DNA from: a virus
Taxonomy: Duplodnaviria; Caudoviricetes
Strand: one strand, 5' to 3'
DNA: 40,957 nt
Virus record (IMG/VR): IMGVR_UViG_3300048598_000529
Location: 1 to 40,957 of that record
Part shown: piece by piece, positions 34,720 to 40,957 of the stretch
Numbering within the stretch: the stretch's first letter is position 1
How the letters are laid out: every line of letters begins with the position of its first letter
Program-made: the position numbers and the translations under genes
Notes under the pieces: model-generated
Told to the model about the DNA's origin: nothing
Databases searched by the model: none
What the model saw: the letters and a program-made list of their open reading frames with translations, nothing else

Positions 34720-36758
34720 GCGGCACGCTCCACTTTCAGTATGCGTTCAAGAATCCACCGGACGACGGGAACCGCCATGCTGTTTCCCAACGCCCGATAC
34801 TTCGGCCCGTCCGCAGCGGGTTTTCCGCGGAATTGGATGTCAAGATAGTCGCCGGGGAAGCCCTGCAACCTGGAACACTCGACGGGAGTAAGTCGGCGAA
34901 CGGCCATGGGTAAAGCTACGCATGGCCGCATATCGCTAGTCGCGCCAGCGGTCGCGCCAGCGGTCGCGCCCTGCAAAGTCGGGCATACGCTTTCCGGTGC
35001 GCCGCGACCGTTACGCGCGAAACGGGTTTGGAAGGCGACGACCGTGGTACTGCTGTTCTCGATCGACCCCGGCGGTTTTGTGCGGATGCTACCGGCGGTG
35101 TCCGTCTCGAACGCTGTCCGCTTTGTTTTGTTCGTCCCGGTAATGGTGTACCCAATCGGCACTATCGGTGTCCCCCTCCCCGTCCCGTCCTCGCTGGCGT
35201 CAAATCCGTCGGCTCGAAGGGAATGCGCCGTCTCAAAGAAACCCCCGATCAGGTGTCCATCCTTCGTATCGCCGTCCGTTCCCTTGCTGTCCCGCTCCTG
35301 CAACGCCCACGCTGTCTGTGGTAGCGATGATGCGTCCGGTATAAACGTCCTGCCCATTAAGCCCCCCCCGTTATGCGCGCCGTTGCTCAAGCAACCGACG
35401 ATGTTGGAGTCGTCTTCCCGTCGCCGTCCCGCGTATCCGCCTTTGCCACTGCTGTCAGCGCCTCGTGTAAGGCTCGCGGCAACTCTTTCCCCCGCTTCGC
35501 GGCTCGGCGCAGGATGCCCCGACAGGCTGTCGGAGATAGGAAATACTTTTCCGAAGTTTTCGACTCTAATACTTCCGAGAGTGACGATTGTTTGTTCGGC
35601 TTCTCTGATGAAATCAAACCACGGCTGAACCCACTCCATGTCTGCAAAAATGCTGCTACTTGTGTGTCTCGCATAATCGGTAAATCCCTTTACTGCGGTC
35701 AAACCAGATGATGCCGCGCTCCAAAAGCTCGGGGATGAGTTTGGTAAGCGAATGATGCGCCGCGCTATGAATAGAGTCAGAATCGCACAGGAATAGATTC
35801 TCGATTGCGTTGTCTCTCTTGTTGCAGTTGATGTGATGCACTCGCTCATGGATAGCAAGCACTCTTCCAAGATGCTCTTCCATGACGTGTCTGTGTTCAG
35901 GAACCCGTCGCGCCGATCCGCTGCTGGTACAGATTCTTGATATTTTGTACCCCCTGAATTCTTTGATCCCGCCGCAGAACTCTTTCCACGAACTGATTCC
36001 GAGTCGCCTCGCCCGCATTCGGACAACTGCTGGATCTCGTCCAAGTAATTTGCCAATTTCGACGCTGCTCCTGCCTCGTGCATTCTGAATAACTTCATCC
36101 TCCGTTTTAGTGAATGCACGGGTCTTGTTGCGTCGAAGGTTAAGTCGCCTGAGACGATGTGCGATTGATCCGATAGTTCTTCCAAGACAAGCAGCAAGTT
36201 CTCCATCAGACATTGATAAATAGTCAACGCGGATTCTGTCGTCTTCTTGGACAGTAAATGGTCGATGTGTTCGCCGCATACAAAAACCCTCCTTCTTCGT
36301 TGTGGAACTCCATGAAACTGTGCATCAAGAATGTCCACGTCAAGGACGTATCCCATCCCTTCAAGATCATCCAAGAAATTCTTAAACCCTTCGGCGCATT
36401 CTGTCTGGATGATTCCAGGTACATTCTCAAACGAAATCAACGGCCATCGATTCTTTCTCACCAGTTCCAAAAACACAAAAGTTAATGATCCGCGATCGCC
36501 AGCAAAACCAGCCCGCTTTCCTGCCACAGAGAAGTCTTGGCACGGTGTTCCCGCGAAAACAATGTCAACTGAGGGGATTTCTGTGTCATGGAGTTTCGTC
36601 ATGTCGCCAAGGTTAATTGACTCGGGATGCCGCACGCGCAGAACTTCGCAGGGGAATGGTTCGATTTCACTGGAGAAGACCGACGTGATAGGAAGTCCCA
36701 TCGCCGCGACTTCCGGCGCCCCGATCCCGCTACAGAATGTGCCCATGCGGAGGCTCAT
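34716..36758 (-). CDS. DNA (cytosine-5) methyltransferase with a ~240-aa in-frame insertion
   Basis: Motif I FCSGIG, IV GTPCQDFS, VI ENVPG, VIII QRRRRVF, IX RRLTPVECSRLQGFP, X YRALGNS. Confidence 0.92.
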   Translation of the reverse strand: MSLRMGTFCSGIGAPEVAAMGLPITSVFSSEIEPFPCEVLRVRHPESINLGDMTKLHDTEIPSVDIVFAGTPCQDFSVAGKRAGFAGDRGSLTFVFLELVRKNRWPLISFENVPGIIQTECAEGFKNFLDDLEGMGYVLDVDILDAQFHGVPQRRRRVFVCGEHIDHLLSKKTTESALTIYQCLMENLLLVLEELSDQSHIVSGDLTFDATRPVHSLKRRMKLFRMHEAGAASKLANYLDEIQQLSECGRGDSESVRGKSSAAGSKNSGGTKYQESVPAADRRDGFLNTDTSWKSILEECLLSMSECITSTATRETTQSRIYSCAILTLFIARRIIRLPNSSPSFWSAASSGLTAVKGFTDYARHTSSSIFADMEWVQPWFDFIREAEQTIVTLGSIRVENFGKVFPISDSLSGHPAPSREAGERVAASLTRGADSSGKGGYAGRRREDDSNIVGCLSNGAHNGGGLMGRTFIPDASSLPQTAWALQERDSKGTDGDTKDGHLIGGFFETAHSLRADGFDASEDGTGRGTPIVPIGYTITGTNKTKRTAFETDTAGSIRTKPPGSIENSSTTVVAFQTRFARNGRGAPESVCPTLQGATAGATAGATSDMRPCVALPMAVRRLTPVECSRLQGFPGDYLDIQFRGKPAADGPKYRALGNSMAVPVVRWILERILKVERAA
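35387..35674 (-). CDS. alternative-frame ORF nested in the methyltransferase (EcoHK31I-beta-like)
   Basis: SLSEVLE...KYFLSPTACRGILRRAAKRGKELP..L..AL, a pattern I recognise from ORFs overlapping phage C5-MTases; ATG lies inside the HNH 3' end. Confidence 0.55.
   Translation of the reverse strand: MRDTQVAAFLQTWSGFSRGLISSEKPNKQSSLSEVLESKTSEKYFLSPTACRGILRRAAKRGKELPRALHEALTAVAKADTRDGDGKTTPTSSVA
35656..36279 (-). CDS. HNH homing endonuclease with N-terminal HTH/Myb-like repeats, nested out of frame in the methyltransferase
   Basis: FT..ED..I repeats; EHRHVMEEHLGR.L...E.VHHINCNKRDNAIENL; AAGGAGG 8 nt before the ATG. Confidence 0.88.
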   Translation of the reverse strand: MRRTHRPFTVQEDDRIRVDYLSMSDGELAACLGRTIGSIAHRLRRLNLRRNKTRAFTKTEDEVIQNARGRSSVEIGKLLGRDPAVVRMRARRLGISSWKEFCGGIKEFRGYKISRICTSSGSARRVPEHRHVMEEHLGRVLAIHERVHHINCNKRDNAIENLFLCDSDSIHSAAHHSLTKLIPELLERGIIWFDRSKGIYRLCETHK

Positions 36759-37627
36759 CGCTCGCCTCCGGGGGAGAGGGGAAATTCACGGACGCGAAGA
36801 TCGGAGGGGAAGTCCTCAAGCTCGCCGACCACGCGGCCCGGCAATCCGCACTCCATTTGCTTCATGAAGAATGGCACACCCGCAGACTTGCACTGATCGC
36901 GGATTGAGCGTGCCCAGTCGGATTGCATCGGTCGCCGTTGTGCGCCTGATTCGCAGCCACAGATAACCCAGTGGACTGGTCCTTTGCCGAATGGTTGTTC
37001 GCCACCATATGCGACATTCCATATCTCGCCGGTCAGTGCATTCAGTGCAATGGTCGGCGGTTCAATCGCAACGTAACGGAGATCGACATCGCCAAGCAGC
37101 GGCTCGCAGGACAGGAACCGCACCGCCGCAGGGATACTCAGCAGTCGCGGGATACGCTCATCAGCCGCCGCCTGATTCTCCACCGACGTGCCAACCCAAC
37201 TTCGCTCAAGCACCTGGGCGTCGAAATACTTCGTCATGTTCTCGGGTCGCTTCGTCAGCAGCAGGAATTGCAGGTGCTCGCACTCCATGATGAGGACAGA
37301 CAATCGCGTCCGTGCCGCCTGCACGTCGATCCACGAACCGTCGGGCATCGTCTCCGGCCCCTCGCCAACATCGGCAAGCGAGGCACAGAAAACGCGGTGA
37401 CGTTCGCCAGCTTCTTTCGCCTTGCGGTTCCAGGAATAGACTTCCCGCCAAGCGGATTCAGCGGCAATCACACGCGTACCATTCGGCCCCCATATTCCGA
37501 GCGTCTTCGGGTTTCGCTTCGAGAGTTTGTCCGCGTAGCAGAATTTGCAGCCTCCGCTGACTTTGGTGCAGCCGCGCCATGGATTAAATGTGTGGTGCGT
37601 CCATTGAATTTTCGAGTTTTCAGCCAT
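36755..37627 (-). CDS. DUF5131 (phage Gp37/Gp68) family protein
   Basis: SKIQWTHHTFNPWRGCTKVSGGCKFCYA; LLTKRP; RFLSCEPLL; WVICGCESG; VPFFMKQ. Confidence 0.92.
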   Translation of the reverse strand: MAENSKIQWTHHTFNPWRGCTKVSGGCKFCYADKLSKRNPKTLGIWGPNGTRVIAAESAWREVYSWNRKAKEAGERHRVFCASLADVGEGPETMPDGSWIDVQAARTRLSVLIMECEHLQFLLLTKRPENMTKYFDAQVLERSWVGTSVENQAAADERIPRLLSIPAAVRFLSCEPLLGDVDLRYVAIEPPTIALNALTGEIWNVAYGGEQPFGKGPVHWVICGCESGAQRRPMQSDWARSIRDQCKSAGVPFFMKQMECGLPGRVVGELEDFPSDLRVREFPLSPGGER

Positions 37628-37799
37628 GGGATTCCTTTCGCGTGTCCTCGATCATCAGTCGCGCGAGATGCGATGATTGCTCCACTTGGCTCAGCAGGTT
37701 GCGGACGTTCAACGATGGGTCCAGAAGCTCGCGGCGAATCTTCTCGCCAAGTCTCCGCAACACTTCCTTGCCGTGAGATTCTGCGTCTGTTGCATTCAT
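37620..37799 (-). CDS. 59-aa hypothetical protein
   Basis: MNATDAESHGKEVLRRLGEKIRRELL...; ATGA coupling with the helicase; GGAG RBS. Confidence 0.55.
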   Translation of the reverse strand: MNATDAESHGKEVLRRLGEKIRRELLDPSLNVRNLLSQVEQSSHLARLMIEDTRKESHG

Positions 37800-39199
37800 G
37801 GGATCTCCGGTGCGCGATTAGTGAATCGCTGGACATGGACAAAGCAGTTGAGTTGAACGCGATAGTTTCGCTCTCCATCGCGCCACTTCTCGACTATCAA
37901 ATCAGCCGCGTTGTCAGGCGCGTATTGGCTGTCGTTCTTGTGCCAATAGTCCTCACGGTGCAGGAAGATGATTCCATCCGCGTCCTGCTCGATCTGGCCC
38001 GATGATCGCAAGTCAGACATCGACGGAATCTTTGATTCTCGTCCTTCGACAGCGCGATTGATTTGAGCCACGACGATTCCCGCCAACTCATGCACTTTGA
38101 TCGCGTCTGCGACTTCGCGACTGCAGCGGCTCACTCGCTCGAAGTCATTGGAATCGTTCGTGCTGATGCGTTGCAGGTAATCGATGATGAGTGCTTCGAT
38201 CCCGTGCTGCGTCTTCCATCGGTCAATCTGCGAAAGCACCGTGTGCAGGTCGCGGGATTTGTCGGCGATTCGCAGAGGCAGTTTTGATAGGTGATACGCC
38301 GCCTCATTCAGTCGCTTGAATTCATCCGGAGACATTCCCTTGACGCCCTTTCGCATCTTTTCGTTTTCTATTCCTGCAAAATTCGCCGCGAGATTTCGCA
38401 TCACCTTCTCCGGGGTTTCCTCGATCGAGATGTAGCCGATGCCAACGCCAGCAGCGGCCATGTTCAGCGCGATCTGCCGAGCCAGCATCGACTTTCCCAT
38501 CGACGGACGTGCTGCGATGACAACCATCTCGCCGGCGCCAATCCCGTTCGTCTTCGCGTCAAGGTCGCAGAATCCGGTTGGGTAATACCGAGAAACATCC
38601 GACGTTGCCTGCTCAAGCATTCGCTTTGTAGCCTCTTCCGCCGTGATGTCATCGGCGAGTCCTGCAGCGTGCAGCTTCGCTTGCTCTGCCTTGTTGATAA
38701 CCCAATCGGCGATGCGAATCGGAGCATCTTCGGGAATCACAGTCTCTTCGGATTTATTCATCACAACTTCCGCGGCCTGGTGCAGCCGCCTGAGTGAGTG
38801 CTTGCGTTTCAGCCGCTCTGTGTACATCGGCACTCCAAGGCAAGTGAAGTGCCCGCGAAACAACTGAGCCAGGTAGAACGAACCACCGGCGCCATCAAGC
38901 AACCCGCGATCACGGAGCCTGCACGCCAGCAGGTACAAATCCCCATACGCCGCTCCGTCGTGCAGCATCGCCTGCATTTCCCGCCAGATAATCCCGTGCT
39001 CGGGAAGGAAGAAATCAGGCGCGTACAACTCACGCAATGCCTGCTCTTTCAGCCGTTCGTACTTGGATCGCTCTACGTCATCGCTCCGCAGTTCATGGAA
39101 CATCGAAGCGATGATCGCCCGTTCGGTTTCCAGTTCCGCGTAGAACGGAGAACTCTCATCGATCTGCACTTCCTGAACTTGCGGCGTCCGTGATTTCAT
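37796..39199 (-). CDS. dnaB: replicative DNA helicase, DnaB family
   Basis: PTGF.DLD; IAARPSMGKS; IIDYLQ; AQINR; SDLRSSGQIEQDAD. Confidence 0.93.
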   Translation of the reverse strand: MKSRTPQVQEVQIDESSPFYAELETERAIIASMFHELRSDDVERSKYERLKEQALRELYAPDFFLPEHGIIWREMQAMLHDGAAYGDLYLLACRLRDRGLLDGAGGSFYLAQLFRGHFTCLGVPMYTERLKRKHSLRRLHQAAEVVMNKSEETVIPEDAPIRIADWVINKAEQAKLHAAGLADDITAEEATKRMLEQATSDVSRYYPTGFCDLDAKTNGIGAGEMVVIAARPSMGKSMLARQIALNMAAAGVGIGYISIEETPEKVMRNLAANFAGIENEKMRKGVKGMSPDEFKRLNEAAYHLSKLPLRIADKSRDLHTVLSQIDRWKTQHGIEALIIDYLQRISTNDSNDFERVSRCSREVADAIKVHELAGIVVAQINRAVEGRESKIPSMSDLRSSGQIEQDADGIIFLHREDYWHKNDSQYAPDNAADLIVEKWRDGERNYRVQLNCFVHVQRFTNRAPEIP

Positions 39200-40110
39200 T
39201 TGCTCGTCACCAGCCTTATCTTTTCGAGTTCGCGTTGGGTTGTGTTTCTCGGATTGCTCGCGGCCAGATACTTCGGAAACTGCGACTTCAAAACCCCCAA
39301 CGAGTGACAGGATTTCACCGCCAACTCTCGTTGATCCTGCTCTCGAAAATACGCGTCCATCACCTCGCGGAGTTGTTCGGGGTCGTTCTTGACCCTGTTC
39401 AGCATCCAAGTGATGTGCTCGCCATCCTTGCCACCGTTGAACGGATAGGTTTTTCCGTGCTTCCTGTTCCACAATTCGCAGAAGTATTTCACTGCCGGGC
39501 TGTGGTTCGGGTTGACGACCTTCCGTGTTTTCTTCGGGACAGGCGGTGGCGAAGCCGCCGACGATGATGTATTTAATTCGGGAGCGGGAGCGGGAGCGGG
39601 AGCGGGAGCGGGAGCGGGAGCGGGAGTGCCGTGAAGTCGCGTGAAGTCGCCGTTAAGTTGCCGTGAATGGCCGTTAATTGGCGTGAAGTCCCTAGACTTT
39701 TGCCACGCGATTTGACGGCAACTTTCACAGCAAAACTTTGCGTTGCTTGCGGAAGAGTTGAACTCGGCTCCGCAGTTGTGGCAGATTTTCACCTTCCGGC
39801 GTTCGATCTCGCGCTTGAAACGACCGCGAACGTATTCAGGCGCGTGATCGTGAAGGTCGTGGATATGCCATTTTCCGTCGATCTCGTCGATCCACCGGCA
39901 ATCCCTTAACGCATCGAACAAAACTCCTTTTTCTCCGGTCCATTCAGCCGCGAGTTCAACGTCCATCTTGTCGCCAATGAGTGAGTTGCCAGCTTCGTAG
40001 CCGACTCCCCACATGGATTCGAGATGAGCCTGAACGTAGACCGGTGGAATGCCCAACAGATGAGCAAGTCGCCTGAACTTAGGATGATTTCTCAATCCTG
40101 GTCGAGCCAT
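39196..40110 (-). CDS. phage replication initiator protein
   Basis: HPKFRRLA...LESMW N-terminus; IHDLHDH; Zn finger CHNC...CCESC; PA linker; upstream of dnaB; GGAG RBS before ATG 40110. Confidence 0.75.
   Translation of the reverse strand: MARPGLRNHPKFRRLAHLLGIPPVYVQAHLESMWGVGYEAGNSLIGDKMDVELAAEWTGEKGVLFDALRDCRWIDEIDGKWHIHDLHDHAPEYVRGRFKREIERRKVKICHNCGAEFNSSASNAKFCCESCRQIAWQKSRDFTPINGHSRQLNGDFTRLHGTPAPAPAPAPAPAPAPELNTSSSAASPPPVPKKTRKVVNPNHSPAVKYFCELWNRKHGKTYPFNGGKDGEHITWMLNRVKNDPEQLREVMDAYFREQDQRELAVKSCHSLGVLKSQFPKYLAASNPRNTTQRELEKIRLVTSK
39579..39690. repeat. (CGGGAG)8 microsatellite plus six phased CGT(G/T)AA repeats; putative iteron origin
   Basis: CGGGAG x8 at 39579-39626; CGTKAA at 39630, 39640, 39651, 39662, 39672, 39682. 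Confidence 0.7.
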
Positions 40111-40178
40111 ACTCCACACATCCCTGCGGGGCTCCATGCCCCATCTAGTTCCTTGACCCGTGGGCACTACCTATCCAC
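40111..40178 (-). promoter_or_regulatory. cluster of CsrA-type GGA sites in the initiator 5' leader
   Basis: GUGGAU, CAAGGAAC, hairpin GGGGC-AUGGA-GCCCC, CAGGGAUG, and SD GGAG. Confidence 0.5.
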
Positions 40179-40287
40179 CGGGAAACCAGCGAAACGCGGT
40201 TAGGCGAGTCGCTGATGAATTGGCGCAACGAGGTCACTAAACTTGAGCAAAGCACAAACCTCGCCGCGTTGCCGGAACACCCGGCGT

Positions 40288-40638
40288 TTATCGAATCGCC
40301 TCCCGCCCCGCGTCCGTGATAGCACACAGCTTCGCCAGCGATCCGCTGCGAGTCTTCCCCTTCCCGACAACCTCGACCATCCCCGCCGTAACGAGTTCAC
40401 CCATGCGGCCCGACGACGACTGCAGAAGCAATCCCGCTGCGACGATGGAGTCATGCACAGACGGCCCATGCTCGGCCAGGAATCGCAGGATGGTCAGGTA
40501 ATCGCCGCGCAGCCGTTCCTGTTTTCCGTCCCACGCGGTGCGGCTTGTCTCCGCTACAGCCGTGCGGCGAACCGGAGTTTCGATTTCGCGTTGCTCGAAT
40601 AGCGGGGCGGTGCTGCCCATTCTGGCGATGTCAGGCAT
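40288..40638 (-). CDS. winged-helix DNA-binding protein
   Basis: ILRFLAEHGP...SSSGRMGELVTAGMVE..G..KTRSG......ITDAG. Confidence 0.75.
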   Translation of the reverse strand: MPDIARMGSTAPLFEQREIETPVRRTAVAETSRTAWDGKQERLRGDYLTILRFLAEHGPSVHDSIVAAGLLLQSSSGRMGELVTAGMVEVVGKGKTRSGSLAKLCAITDAGREAIR

Positions 40639-40957
40639 GAGTCACCGCCTTTCCCAATCCTGCAGGGTGCTCCGGTAGAAGCCGCCAGTGCGTAGGCGGA
40701 GATGGCAGGTCGATACCATCAACACAATGCCAGACGCCTTCTGAGATGTAGCCGAGCCAGACAGGCTCCCCGCCGTCGTCGATGGCGATCAAGACAACTG
40801 TGTCATCGTCGGGGATGCCATCAGAGACTGGCGTCCACTCGGATACGGGCTTGGCGCCGCGACAGAGTCCATCCAGCTTCGCCTTGTCGTGGCGGTGCTT
40901 TGCAATCTCCTGCGCCGTGAGCGGTGCTGGACCGTAGGCGATGGAGAGATAAAGCAT
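40631..40957 (-). CDS. DUF551-like phage protein (5' end may lie outside the window)
   Basis: WTPVSDGIPDDDTVVL...W...PTHWRLLPEHP. Confidence 0.75.
   Translation of the reverse strand: MLYLSIAYGPAPLTAQEIAKHRHDKAKLDGLCRGAKPVSEWTPVSDGIPDDDTVVLIAIDDGGEPVWLGYISEGVWHCVDGIDLPSPPTHWRLLPEHPAGLGKAVTHA

Larger units (their letters stand above)
368..40957. mobile_element. prophage (siphovirus-like), left end at tRNA-Tyr, continues beyond the window
   Basis: Integrase/xis next to tRNA, recombination, switch, tail, capsid, portal, terminase, methylase, helicase and initiator genes; no second copy of the tRNA 3' end noticed. Confidence 0.95.

Noticed and set aside
35550-36280. Intein or group I intron explaining the MTase insertion
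   Set aside because: No C-terminal His-Asn followed by Cys/Ser/Thr, and the HNH fills almost the entire insert, leaving little room for a ribozyme core; not excluded without RT-PCR
1-40957. CRISPR array, diversity-generating retroelement, retron or IS element
   Set aside because: No repeat-spacer array, reverse transcriptase or transposase motifs noticed

Overview
Almost the whole window is the left part of a temperate, siphovirus-like prophage integrated at the 3' end of a tRNA-Tyr(GTA) gene (285-367). The host is probably PVC/Planctomycetota, inferred from protein styles. Order: host gene fragment and tRNA; tyrosine integrase whose ORF reads through the att/tRNA into host DNA; excisionase; CsrA; RusA; a structured intergenic RNA candidate; a RecE/RecT-like pair; a divergent switch made of two ribbon-helix-helix-like genes; lysogenic cargo (HNH protein, HEXXH protease, PilC-N-like membrane protein); tail; head; terminase; a lysis-like cluster; late regulator; small-gene cassettes; C5 methyltransferase; DUF5131; DnaB; replication initiator. 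Nearly all genes are on the minus strand, and no attR was seen in the window. The most unusual signals are: (i) a methyltransferase locus using all three minus-strand frames, with a nested HNH endonuclease whose ribosome-binding site is made from MTase Arg codons; (ii) integration that cuts the integrase gene and separates the lytic promoter from the replication and late genes; (iii) a phage CsrA plus a cluster of CsrA-type GGA sites on the replication-initiator leader; (iv) an RHH/RHH switch with 11-bp-phased operators. All family calls come from motif recognition by eye, not database searches.
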